Shown: positions 24,561-37,213 of the stretch, one piece after another
How positions within the stretch are numbered: the first letter of the stretch is position 1
Layout: every line of letters begins with the position of its first letter
Origin: Mobula hypostoma
Lineage: Eukaryota
Reading direction: 5' to 3'
Assembly: GCF_963921235.1 (NCBI RefSeq)
Contig: NC_086109.1
Coordinates: forward strand, 25,050,001-25,114,000
DNA length: 64,000 nt
The notes under the pieces: model-generated
Database searches by the model: none
Seen by the model: the letters and a program-made list of their open reading frames with translations, nothing else
What the model was told of the DNA's origin: nothing
Position numbers and translations under genes: made by a program

Positions 24561-27339
24561 ACAGAACTGAATGGATGAATAAGTAAACCTTTTCAGAAGG
24601 TGCAAAAGTGAGGTAGAAATCTGGAAAACTACATACTGGTGCATATTGTTTGTTACAATAAATTGAGAGATGAGAAGGTTGGCGAACGTTGACACAGCTT
24701 GATCCCTGATACAACATATGCTCAGTCCACAAGATAAGAAAAACAATATTATCATGTTAATGAGCAATAGGTCAGGGCCAGTATGTTGATATAGACTGTG
24801 TCTGTGGCAGAAATTCTGGGGGAGGGAATACCAAGCAATCACAGCCAATACCAAACTGTGGGAGGTACCAGTGACGATGAAAGTCAGTGCATCACAGTTT
24901 GGCAGCCTTGGGATCGTGTGAGTATATTATAAAGTCCTGTGGAATTTGGTCACTGTGTCACACTATAAATAATGTCAGGGGTTGCATGGTTTTATCTGTG
25001 TAGAGCACTCTAGGGAGTCTAGGAGATTGCATGAGTGTTTGTGTACTTTGAACTTTGAACATTGTAGGCAATGTCAGGGATTGCAAGAGCAAGTAAGTAT
25101 ATTACACTGTGGAGATCTTCAGGGGTTACATGTGTTGGTCTGTGTATCAGAGTTCAGATTATCTCAGGGATATAAACAGTCTGTTACACAATGTTCTGCT
25201 TCAAATGATACATTAGAAAAGCTGTGCATCATGTTGTTGTCAACAAGAGTGTGTATATATTATACTATAGGCAAAATCTACCCACAGCCTTCTTGTGTAT
25301 TCATCACATGCTTTCAATTTAAGATAATGAGCATACTTAGCCAAAGATACATCTGTTCAATATGTCAGTTGTTTCACTAATTTTATGACATTCTTGCCAT
25401 TAAACATCTATGTTTCTAACATTCTGCCTAGATCAAGGAGAGAAAACACACATCTTTTGGCAGTCAACAATTATTTATTTTCAAAAAGCTATTCAGCATC
25501 TACAAGTGCTAATCCACACTCTCTCTCTTCAGTGATAGATGTTTTTGTAATAGCAGTTCTTTGTTGATATGATATTTAGCATATTTTTCATACATTTGCA
25601 AACCAAGAGATTAAAATTACATGACTGCCTCCTTTCCATTGTAACTCTTACATTGAAATAGGGTGAGATCACAATGTCAATTCTTTAGAAAAGGTGACAG
25701 CGGGAAGTTCTTTGTGCAAGCTTATGGCAGTAACACTAAGCAAAGTTGACTTTACACTTCCCATTAAGTCTTCTGTTCAGTGTAGGTTCAATACAGAGAA
25801 ATTTTATCAATACGGTACACCATGAAAGCTCCTGCAGGAGGTACAGTGTTGGTTAGATATTCAGTAAAAATCTTGCTGTACCACCCCATAAAATATTCTC
25901 AGGGCAAGGATGCTTCAGGAGAGATGCAGAGTAGTACACCCTCTACTCAGTATCAAGAGCTTCCAAGAGATCCAGTGGAATGCTTGCTCTACATTGCCCT
26001 ATGCAACACTTAGGTTGGATAAGAACATGCTTTGGATAATAAATCTTGCTGTTGGGCAGATACCTTCAAACAGAAGGGCCCATAATATGAAAGAGGTTTC
26101 TTCCATTTTCCAATATCAGTCAGTGTTATCAGTTGACATAACAGTATGTTCATCGGCAGAACTTCCTGATTCTTAAAAGTTTAATTTAAGTAATTTAAGT
26201 ATTAGAACACCATGAACTTGGGAAGAACATGGATAACAGGTGGTTTAATGGTTCAAAATTCAAGATTATTTAATCTACAGCCTAGATTTATTGTTTTTTT
26301 TTGTGCTGCATTGGATGCTGAGTAACAATTTTCTTATTCTCCTTTACATTTGTGTGCAGTTTTGAATCTTGAATTCAAATAATTCAGAATAAAGAATTAC
26401 TAGAGGAAATTGCCATTCAACAAAACAAAATAAAAATGGAAAATGCTGACAATGCGCAGTAGTACTGGCAGCATCGTGTTACAGCAGTGTATGCCTGTTG
26501 ATATCTTGGTGTTGCTGAATGCAAGCCCAGACTACTTTAGTGCTTGAGGAGGTGTAAATGTAAACAAGTTTTCTGTATTCCCATTCTGACCTTATATCAG
26601 AAGGAGAGTGAAGCAGTTTGATGTGGTTGGTTCTAAGAAATTTCCTGAAGAACTTGTGATGTTCTAGGCTGATGGGATTCGTCTCCTACATCTTGAGCAA
26701 TTATTCTGTGAACAAGACTGTATAGCTTTCCTGATTTCCATTAGCATTGAAAAGGTAAATTCATCATCAAAAATATCATCTTTGATCAACTAGCCATAAC
26801 TGCAATTAACCACATCTGTTTTCCGAAATCTAGAACAACAAGGACAGAAACTAACTCTTCTATGGTTTTTAAGGAGCACTTTGAAAGATGAAACAGCAGT
26901 GGTAAGGTGGAGGGTCTTCAAGAGAAGTATCAAATAGATCAATGTTGCTAATCAATTAGCTCTCAATGATGAAGCAGTTAAAAATAATCATGCTCTAGTG
27001 GCCAAAATTGTATTGGAATTGTACAGTTGGAAAAAGTAACTAAGATACGGATGGCAAAATGATGTAATAATTTATGGAATTAACAGAAATTGATACCCCA
27101 CCCAGATCATCTTCTTCCAATGCAATTCCTCAGTTTGGAGGATAACTCCTTCCTCTTCTGGTTCTATGGGTTCTGCAACAAGTGATGAGACCAATATGGT
27201 GTCTGCATACTCTTCATGAGGGACAGGAGATGAATGCTGGGGCTACCAAATGGGATAGGTGAGGGTTTATGCTCCTCCTGCAGTTCATGCTGAGCTTCTG
27301 TGTGTTTCCAGTGCATGAACTTACTGCCTGAATGTTTGT

Positions 27340-28665
27340 TCTCCACTTTGGGAATGGAGGGAGGCAGAAGAAGGGAAATAATAGGCCAGTTAGCCTGACT
27401 TCAGTGGTTGGGATGACGTTGGAGTCCATTATTAAAGATCAGATTTTGGGGTACTTGGAAGCACATGATCAAATAAGGCAAAATCAGCATGGTTTCCTTA
27501 AAGGGAAATCTTGCCTGACAAACTTTTTGGAATACTTTAAGGAAATAACAGGCAGGATAGACAAGGGAGAGTCAGTGGGTTGTTTACTTGGATTTTTAGA
27601 AAGTCTTTGACAAGGTGCTGCACTTGAGGTTGCGAAACAAGATATAAGCATGTGGTATTATAGAAAAGATACCAGCACGGACAGAAGATTGGCTGACTGG
27701 AAGGAGGCCTGAAGAGTCTTATAGGGGAGCCTTTGCTGGTTGGCTGCCTGTGATTTGTGGTGTTCCACAGGTGTTGTTGTCAGATCCGCTACTTTCCACA
27801 TTGCATGCTAATGATCTGGATGACAGAATTGATGGCTTTGTAGCCAAGTTTATGCATGATATAATGGAATATAACATAGGGAAGTGTATAGTCATGCATT
27901 TTGGTAGAAGGAATAAATAGGGAATCAATTCAGAAATTGGAGGTATGCAAAGACTTGGGAGCCCTAGTTCAGGATTTACTAAAGGTTAATTTGTAGTTTG
28001 AGTTGTCAGTTAGGAAGGTAAATGCACTGTTAGCATTTATTTTGAGAGGACCTAAATATAAAAACAAGAATGTAGTGTTGAGGCTTTATAAGGAATTGGT
28101 CAGACTGCAATTGGAGTATTATGAGCAGTTTTGGGTCCCATATCTAAGAAAGGATGTGCTGTCATGGGAAACGGTCCAGATGATGTTCACAAGAATGATC
28201 CCAGGACTGAAAGTGTTAACGTATGAAAAGCATTTAATGGCTCGGGGTATGTACTCACTGGCATTTGGAAGAACGAGGGGTAATCTCATTGAATCCTCTT
28301 GAATATTGAAAAACCTAGCTAGGGTGGATGTGCAGAGAATATTTCAAATAGTGAAGGGCTCTAGGACCAGAATCAAAGGATATCCCGTTGAATAGAGAAG
28401 GAAACAGAGAAGAGGAGGAATTTCTTTATCCAGAGGGTGGTGAATCAGTGGAATTAATTGCCACAGATGGCTGTGGAGCCCAAGTCACTGGCTATACTTA
28501 AAGTGAAGCTTGATAGGTTCTTGATTAGTGAGGGCATCGAAGGTTACAGGGAGAAGACAGGAGAATGAGGTTGAGAGGGTAAATAAATGAGCCACGATTG
28601 AATGGCGGAGCGGTGTCGATAGGATGACTGGCCTAATTCTACTCCAATATCTTATGGTCTTATGT
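27340..28665 (+). mobile_element. CR1 LINE RT fragment with internal deletions
   Basis: NRPVSLTSVVG..QHGFLKGKSCLTN, then RLYKELVRLQLEYYEQFWVPYLRKD, with a cttatggtcttatg tail. Confidence 0.85.
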
Positions 28666-29169
28666 GTTAGGGATTTCCAGGTGTCAGCATAGATTTCAAT
28701 GGGTCATTTGAATAGCTTTCAACCTTTTGCTCTTTCTACCTGCTAGTTATTGCATGGTAGAATCCAGAATACTTTTTCTGTTTCTAGAGTCTCTTGGCAG
28801 ACATGTGTTGATAGAACCTACGCAACAGAGTTGACTGAGTGTAAAAAAAATTGGATAATTGGCCTAGTATTTTTGCTCTGGGAGAAATCACATCCACCAT
28901 AAATGGATTGACACAAATAAAATGTCAACATTAGCCTGGCATGGTGTACCTCATTTAACTAGGAAGCACCATATACAGTACATGGCAAGAAAACGTTTGC
29001 CCTGCGTGGATATTTGTTTTATGTTTTAAAAACATAAGCAAAAATGTAACGCAATGTCAGTGAACAAAAAACATGCATTTATTTTATTTTTGGCATTATC
29101 GACTTGCTAATGGGTTTCACAGGGTTTGAGTTTGTACATGACGGGAATTATTGTGGGCTGTAGCTTTCA

Positions 29170-29536
29170 AAGTAGCCAAGACATCTTCAGGGAGCGGTGT
29201 TTCAGGAAGATCCATCATCAAGTATCGCCACCACCAAGGACATTCCACTTCAGGAGGTATGGGAGCCTGAAGTCACGCACCCAGTGATTCAGGAAGTCTC
29301 CCCTCTGCTATCTGATTCCTAAATAGACATTGAACCCATGAACACTACCAAACTACTTCTTTAAAAATTTGTTTCTGTTTTTGCACTACATATTTTAATT
29401 TAACTATTTAATGTACTATATATATATTTACTATAATTTAGCTTTTTTTCTATATTTATCATGTATTACATTGTGCTGCTGCCACAAGGTTTACGTTTCA
29501 CGACATATGCCGGTGATATTAAACCCGAGTCTGATT
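29170..29536 (+). mobile_element. Rex1/Babar LINE 3' end
   Basis: Clear similarity to 4790-5210 (gacattgaacccatgaacactacc...ccggtgat..taaacc.gattct). Confidence 0.75.
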
Positions 29537-29669
29537 AAGAAATCTTTTAATGAATCACCAGATTTAGAAGCAAACAACAGGAATTCTGCAGATGCTGGAA
29601 ATTCAAGCAACATACATCAAAGTTGCTGGTGAACGCAGCAGGCCAAGCAGCATCTATAGGAAGAGGCGC

Positions 29670-29705
29670 AGTCGACGTTTCAGGCCGAGACCCTTCGTCA
29701 GGACT
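29670..29705 (-). ncRNA. Minimal type I hammerhead ribozyme motif (Penelope terminal repeat)
   Basis: Minus strand: AGUC-CUGACGA-AGGGUCUCGGCCU-GAAAC-GUC-GACU. Core intact, stem I AGUC/GACU. Confidence 0.8.
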
Positions 29706-29997
29706 AACTGAAGGAAGAGTGAGTAAGGGATTTGAAAGCTGGAGGGGGAGGGGGAGATGCAAAATGATAGGAGAAGACAGGAGGGGGAGGGATAGAGCCG
29801 AGAACTGGACAGGTGATAGGCAAAAGGGGATACGAGAGGATCATGGGACAGGAGGTCCGGGAAGAAAGACGGGGGGGGGTGACCCAGAGGATGGGCAAGA
29901 GGTATATTCAGAGGGACAGAGGGAGAAAAAGGAGAGTGAGAGAAAGAATGTGTGCATAAAAATGAGTAACAGATGGGGTACGAGGGGGAGGTGGGGC

Positions 29998-30402
29998 CTA
30001 GTGGAAGTTAGAGAAGTCGATGTTCATGCCATCAGGTTGGAGGCTACCCAGACGGAATATAAGGTGTTGTTCCTCCAAGCTGAGTGTGGCTTCATCTTTA
30101 CAGTAGAGGAGGCCGTGGATAGACATGTCAGAATGGGAATGGGATGTGGAATTAAAATGTGTGGCCACTGGGAGATCCTGCTTTCTCTGGCGGACAGAGC
30201 GTAGAAGTTCAGCAAAGCGGTCTCCCAGTCTGCGTCGGGTCTCACCAATATATAAAAGGCCACATCGGGAGCACCGGACGCAGTATATCACCCCAGTCGA
30301 CTCACAGGTGAAGTGATGCCTCACCTGGAAGGACTGTTTGGGGCCCTGAATGGTGGTAAGGGAGGAAGTGTAAGGGCATGTGTAGCACTTGTTCCGCTTA
30401 CA
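29998..30402 (-). pseudogene. Penelope-like GIY-YIG endonuclease domain with Cys-rich linker (uninterrupted, but RT missing)
   Basis: CKRNKCYTC..FTCESTGVIYCVRCSRCGLLYIGETRRRLGDRFAE..PVATHFN..H..LEEQHLIFRLGSLQPDGMN. VIY/YIG, R, E and N motifs are present. The CxxxxCxxC linker is typical of Neptune-group PLEs. Confidence 0.9.
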
Positions 30403-30970
30403 CGAATGCAGAGAGAGGGGGGAGGGAAAGATGTTCTGAGGGATCGCTCCCTGCACAACTCCCTTGTCCATTCGTCCCCCCCATCCCTCCCCACTGATCT
30501 CCCTCCTGGCACTTATTTTAATTCCACATCCCATTCCCATTCTGACATGTCTATCCACGGCCTCCTCTACAGTAAAGATGAAGCCACACTCAGCTTGGAG
30601 GAACAACACCTTATATTCCGTCTGGGTAGCCTCCAACCTGATGGCATGAACATCGACTTCTCTAACTTCCGCTAGGCCCCACCTCCCCCTCGTACCCCAC
30701 CTGTTACTCATTTTTATGCACACATTCTTTCTCTCACTCTCCTTTTTCTCCCTCTGTCCCTCTGAATATACCTCTTGCCCATCCTCTGGGTCACCCCCCC
30801 CACTTGTCTTTCTTCCCGGACCTCCTGTCCCATGATCCTCTCGTATCCCCTTTTGCCTATCACCTGTCCAGCTCTGGGCTCTATCCCTCCCCCTCCTGTT
30901 TTCTCCTATCATTTTGCATCTCCCCCTCCCCCTCCAGCTTTCAAATCCCTTACTCACTCTTCCTTCAGTT

Positions 30971-31006
30971 AGTCCTGACGAAGGGTCTCGGCCTGAAACG
31001 TCGACT
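30971..31006 (+). ncRNA. Minimal type I hammerhead ribozyme motif (Penelope terminal repeat)
   Basis: agtc CTGACGA(30975-81) agggtctcggcct GAAAC(30995-99) GTC(31000-02) gact. Predicted cleavage after 31002. Confidence 0.8.
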
Positions 31007-32245
31007 GCGCCTCTTCCTATAGATGCTGCTTGGCCTGCTGCGTTCACCAGCAACTTTGATGTATGTTACCAGATTTAGAAGTTGTGTGAAGGAGGAGCAT
31101 GAGCAATGTGTTTAATTCTCCTTGTCTGATCTTTATGTGACATCCCAAATGCTCACTATTCCTGGAGCTGCTAGATGACTTAAGTCTTCAGTTGGAGCTT
31201 CAGAGATCTTTAGTTCAAATCTATAGTACTCTTGTTGTTAAAGTGGCCTCTCTCACTAAGTATAGTAATGGGAGAACTTGAGAAACTAAGGGAAAAAAAA
31301 CAGGTGCACGTCTAAAATAAGAACAGCTGTCAACCAGCATCAGAAACTCAAACTGAAGGAATTAACATAAAATGAAGTGAGGAATCTTGCTGGTAAGGCA
31401 GGACAAGCCTGTTCTATGTTAAGTCCCAAAAAAGTATGCCTAATCCTTAGTGAACAAGTCCTGATATTACCTACCTTACTCACAGCCCTGAACAACATGC
31501 CCAACCCATTGTGTGCAAGCCAGCTCTATGCCATACCAGTTCCATAGCGTGCATCTGCAGCTGCTGAACCGGCTCCGAACGTAGCTCGCTGTCAGAGATG
31601 TCAAGTTGCTACTTGTCTGGAAGAAGGAAGGAAGGGAGCAGCAGCAGCCGGCCTGAACCTTATTTTTAACACAATATTGACAAACTCACCCAGGAGAAGT
31701 TTTGATCTGATTTGGAGTTCACTGCCTAAATATATTTTGGAGTTCAGAAAGGTGGGGTGCCCATGAATGTTGTCAAGTCCAAAATACTTTATTCACTTTC
31801 ACATGACCATAATAGTGGATGAATTTTAGCCATAGCATTAAACTGCAACTTTAAATCTGAAAAGTTTCTTACCCAAGCAGCTAATTTGATCAACCATTCC
31901 ATTTAGCCCCCCCACCCCTGCTATTTATTACCTCAGGCATTGTATTGCGCTGTAAACATATTAAACCACTATTTATAATGCTGTTTACATTGTAAATGCA
32001 CGATGGTATTTATGCATTTATGCACATTTTATTCCCTATCAATACTTTAACTTCCAACTTTATTTTTTAATATATTTTTTCATAATTGCTAGATGCTGTT
32101 TTTATTTGTCACAACAACAGACCACGGCAAATTCCTAATACATATAAATGTATATGGTGAATAAAGTTGATCCTTGATCCATGTTGTCCATTCCCCCAGC
32201 CAGTCGTACATTTTTTCCCCTAGTGAACTTTTGGATCTTTAAACG

Positions 32246-32374
32246 CAAACAACAGGAATTCTGCAGATGCTGGAAATTCAAGCAACACACATCAAAGTTG
32301 CTGGTGAACGTAGCAGGCCAGGCAGCATCTGTAGGAAGAGGTGCAGTCGACGTTTCAGGCCGAGACCCTTCGTC
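32246..32374 (-). mobile_element. Short young Penelope terminal-repeat fragment, truncated inside the hammerhead core
   Basis: Nearly identical to 29571-29699. It stops at cccttcgtc. Confidence 0.85.
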
Positions 32375-34313
32375 TAGTTTTTTAGGCCAGCTTTTATTGC
32401 CCACCTATAACTTATCATAACTGCTTGTTTGTTCAGTGAGAGACAATGGGGTGAATTGTACTTCTGTACAAGCTAATACAGTCTGTGTTCTTCATTGTTT
32501 CCCATATTACACCGTTCTTAAAGTTGCCAACTCCACTGACATTATATGGCCCAGACACAATAATCCTCCAAGAGTTGTAGCTGGGTTTCTACCATGTAAA
32601 CCTGTGTATAACTCTTGCCAACCCCTCACAATTTTGGCCCCTTGCTGTTTTGTCCATCTATGGTACAATGTGGCTAGTGGTAGTCATGTGACACAATCAT
32701 AAGAATAAGGCAGCGGTACTAAGCTGGCAATCTGCCTGCATTCAATTGAACTGGCACTGATTACTAGTGCATTCAGATCTCCATGCACATTTTTGAGAAC
32801 TATTGCTACAACTCTTAACAGTTGCCGTGTATGAAAGGGTCCCATCACTACTTTAATGATAATCTTAACTTCATCTCCTAAGTGAATTACAATAGTAAGT
32901 GAATTGATTTGTCTGCTCAAAATTTCATTGAGATTTCCTATTAACCTTTCTCTAATTTTTCCTCTTCTTAAGTAAAACTGATCATAAGTCTGAATTTAAT
33001 TATTTACGTTGTCTTTACATGCTTTTCAAAGTAAGTTTGACATGCTACATTGCTGATCACTAAAGAAAAGAGAATTCAAGGAAACTAAACCTAAAGAATT
33101 TTGAGAGATTGAAGTGTTTATGATTGTTGGGTTGATAGTATTAAGCATTCAAGATGATGAGAATCAGGCATATTATCACTGACATATGTCAGGAAATTTG
33201 TTGTTTTGCAGTAGCACAGTGCAATACATAAAAAATTACTTCAAGTTATAATAAGAACAAAATAAATAGTGTAAATGAGAGCAAATTAGATGTGGTAGTA
33301 TTCCTGGACTCATGGACCATTCAGAAATCTGACAGTAAAGGGGAAGATTTTTCAGCAAAGTTTTTATAAGAGATGAAGTACAGTGCCACTCTATATAATT
33401 AAGTCATGGCATGAGGGATAATTGTACATAAGTACTTGAACATTTTGAAGTATTAAAGTGTATTGAGTAAAATTAGAGAAATAGAATTAAAGTCCATGAT
33501 GTCAGTCCTAGCTGTTCTGAACTGAATGATCTCCTCCATATATATATATTTTTTTAAACATTTATTTGCTTTATCATACAACAAAAGAGGGAAGGAATAT
33601 TTAAAAGCAGGTAGCTGTTGAATGTGATTAAATAGTTTTGACGGTCTGAAATTTCTGAATGCCTTATTCAGATTGATGAGAAATTTAACTTTGATCCCAC
33701 TAGCTGACCTGAGTGGGTGTCAAATATTTAGTGGGACTCAGGTGCATCTTTTAAACAAAAGACTAAAGCAACAGTTTCTTTGAAATTGATTTTGTGTGAT
33801 CTTTCTTTGTACATGTTATCATGACATATAAAATAGCTTTGGGGTCATGAAAGGTTTTAAATATTTGAAAAACATTAAGTGCTTGCTGGTGGGCGTTATA
33901 CATTCTCTGTAGATTTATTCATACAGTAGTTGTCCAAATTAAAGCTGAAAATCTTGTTTGTGGGTGTCTTGATTAAAAACAGAAATTTGAAACTGTAAAT
34001 AAGATAATGATAAATACATTCTGGTTTCTGTTGAGTAATATTCAGAAGAATGGAAACAATAAATTAAGGTAAAGCACAATTCAATCTGCTCCACCTCAAT
34101 CATTGTCTCCTTATAAAAGTTGAAATACGAATCAAATTATCTCTGAACAGAGATCTCCTATTGTAAGACTAGTTAGCTTCTTGGTGACCTCCAACGAGAG
34201 TGGGTACACTTCCATTTCACAGAAGTACCTGATTAAGATGAAAATAGCAATGAATAATAGGCCTAATGGGTGAAGCCTTGAGTTTCCTTGAGCAGAAGTG
34301 GCTGGACAATGTT

Positions 34314-34693
34314 TTCAAGTAACACACACAAAACGCTGGTGGAACGCAGCAGGCCAGGCAGCATCTATAGGAAGAAGTACAGTCGATGTTTTGGGCCGAG
34401 ACCCTTCGTCAGGACTAACTGAAAGGAGAGATAGTAAGAGATTTGAAAGGGGGAGGGGGAGATCCAAAACGATAGGAGAAGACCCTTCCCCCTCCTGTCC
34501 TATCACTTTGGATCTCCCCTCCCCCTCCCACTTTCAAATCTCTTACTATCTCTCCATTCAGTTAGTCCTGACGAAGGGTCTTGACTGTCCAAAACGTTGA
34601 CTGTACTTCTTCCTATAGATGCTGCCTGGCCTGCTGTGTTCCACCAGCATTTTGTGTGTGTTACTTGAATTTCCAGCATCTGCAGATTTTCTC
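34314..34693. mobile_element. Fold-back non-autonomous Penelope derivative with two mutated hammerhead motifs
   Basis: Arms ~34314-34477 and ~34498-34669 are reverse complements. CTGACGA is retained in both, but GAAAC has become AAAAC. Confidence 0.88.
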
Positions 34694-35084
34694 AGGCAAC
34701 GTCTTCATCTGCTTTTCTGCACCATTGCAGCGTCAAATGCATCCTTGGTTTGACTGTCTACATGGTATCCAACAGTTCGAAAAGTTGCAAAAGGCAAAGG
34801 ACAGGTTCATGGCAAGATTAAACAAAAATGGGTAACAAGTACATAGAAGCCCAGTTGCTACTTCATTCAACTATACAAATTGTGAATTTGAGTACAATAA
34901 GCTTGGCCATTTACAGCACCTGAAAATATAATGTAAAATCTGTTTGTTGTAAAAATTAATCTGGCTTAATGGTGTTCTTTTGTTTTACAAAGGGAAGTTG
35001 CCAGCTTTACCTGCAGTGATCCTTTTAACGGATCTTCTTTACAAATAACTCCATTTACAATAATCTTTGAGAAAATGTGTATTA

Positions 35085-36170
35085 TTTGGTTTGGTTTATT
35101 ACTATTGTCACGTGTTCCAAGATACAGTGAAAAGCTTGTCTTGCCTGCTGTTCATATAGATGAATTTATTACACAGTGCTTTGAGGTAGAACGAGTTAAA
35201 ACATTAACATTGCAGAATAAAGTGTAATAACTACAGAGAAATTGCAGTGCAGGTAAACAATCAACAAGATAGACTGTGAGGTCAAAATGTCCGTTTAAGA
35301 GTCTGATATCAGTGGGATAAAGCTGTCCAATAGGCGCTATCTTCTGTCCAATGAGAGAAGAGAAAAGACAGGATGTCAAAGGTGGGTGAGGTCTTTGATT
35401 ATATTGGCTGCTTTACTGAGGCAGCAAGAAATATAGAAAGAGTCCATAGAGGGAGGTTAATTTCCGTGATGTGCTGACCTACATCCACAATTCTCTGCAG
35501 TTGCTTGTGGTCGCCTGTAAAGCAGTTACCATACATAACCAGATTGGATACTTTTATGGTATATGAACAAAAATTGGTAAGAGTCGACGGGGACGTGACA
35601 AATTTCTTTAGCCTCCTAAGGAATTTGAGACATTGGTGAGCATAACATCAATGTGGTTGGGCCAAGATAGGCTTTAATGGAACTGGAAACTCCCAACCCT
35701 CTCAACCTGAACACGGTTAACATAGCCCCCTTCCAAAAGTCAAAGATCAGTTCTTTTGTTTTGCTGACATTGAGAGAAAGATCGTTGTCATGACACTAGT
35801 TCACTAAGCTATCCATGTCCTTCCTGTACTCCAAATCATCGTTACTTGAGATGCGGCCCACTACAGTGGTATCATCTGCAAACTCATAAATGGAGTTAGA
35901 GCAGAACCCGGCCATGCAGTCATGAGTGTGCAGGGAGTAGAGTGAGGACTGAGGACACAAGTTTGTGAAACACCAGAGTTTGGAATAATCATGGTGGAGG
36001 TATTGCTGTTTATCCTTACTCATTGCAGTCTGTTGGACAGAAAGTCAAAGATCCATTTGCAGAGGGAGGCATAGACTCCCAGGGTCTTGAATTGGTGATG
36101 AGTTGGCTTGGATTTACAGTATTGAAGGTGGAGTTTTAGTCAATAACTATCATCTAACATGGGTATCTTT
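35085..36170 (-). mobile_element. Rex1/Babar LINE RT fragment
   Basis: LYSLHTHDCMA.FCSNSIYEFADDTTVVGRIS.NDD..YRK. Confidence 0.8.
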
Positions 36171-36457
36171 ATTGCGATATTACATTCTTGTGGTAATTAG
36201 GGCTGCAAAATAAATGCTAACCATGCCGACAAAGCCACATCCTAAAAACAAAATAATAATAAAATAATGTACTCAATTTATTTGTATAGAATTACCAAAA
36301 ACTGCAACTTCTCTACTCTTAGAATTGAGCTTAGATTTAATCATATTGCCTTATGTAAACATCATATTTGATTTTTGCATAAGGAAATGTCTTGGAGTAC
36401 ACAGACCCTTTGGTTAATTGGACTGATCATTGATTCTGCTGAATGACAGGGTAAATC

Positions 36458-36585
36458 ACAAACATGAGAAAGTCTGCAGATGCTGGAAATCCAAAGCAAC
36501 ACGCACAAATTGCTGGAGGAACTCAGCAGGTCAGGCAGCACCTATGGAAGAGACATTTCTGGCAGAGACCATTCTTCAAGACTCA
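36458..36585 (-). mobile_element. Degenerate Penelope terminal-repeat fragment
   Basis: tctgcagatgctggaaatccaaagcaacacgcacaaattgctggaggaactcagcaggtcaggcagca. Confidence 0.75.
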
Positions 36586-37213
36586 GGAATGAGGGGGTTG
36601 CTTAATTCCCATGAGAGACACAACATTAATGAACTGAATTCAGCTTAGATTCACAAGGAACTAGCAAATCAACTGAAAAGGCTGACCACAAACAAGAGAA
36701 GGCTGACACTGGATTTCCTACTTGAATTCAGGGTAGGTTGCGGAGAGAAGAATTTATTTTAAGTGTCAAGAGTGGTCAATTATAAGTAACCAGCATCTCT
36801 GCTTCACAGACTCAGATGTCAGTGGTAGTCCATGAATCTTTGGGCAGGGTAAGGGCACAAGCAGGGAAAAGGCTAGAAAGGGGTCTTGAAATAGTTGCTG
36901 GCAGAGACCCACGTTATGCGTAAGGCGGTGTGAATTTCTGTAGAGCTTGATTACGGATATCACAAACAAGTTGCATCATGTTCCAGTAACAGCACCCATC
37001 AATAGCATTGATATATTAGACCTGGTGACTAAAACTAGGTTAAAGGTGTATATTTTAAGGAACAGTCTGAACTTGGCTACTTAATCTGATCCTAACAGGA
37101 GCCTGGGTTTGGGTCACTTTTGCATTCTAATCGAACCTTTGACTTAGGTTCTGTTTCAGCTGCTGCAGGCCTTACCATACTGCCTCAGGCTGCACCTTGT
37201 GCAGGTCGTAATC

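Larger units (their letters stand above)
29571..31067. mobile_element. Young fold-back Penelope-like element (GIY-YIG endonuclease, inverted ~550-bp arms, 14-bp TSD)
   Basis: Arms 29609-30158 and 30515-31067 are near-perfect reverse complements. TSD accagatttagaag at 29557-29570 and 31068-31081. GIY-YIG coding sequence lies inside. Confidence 0.93.

Noticed and set aside
29998..31053. 351-aa ORF as a novel nuclease gene
   Set aside because: The N-terminal half is the antisense reading of the inverted terminal repeat, with a non-ATG start. Only 29998-30402 is genuine PLE coding sequence.
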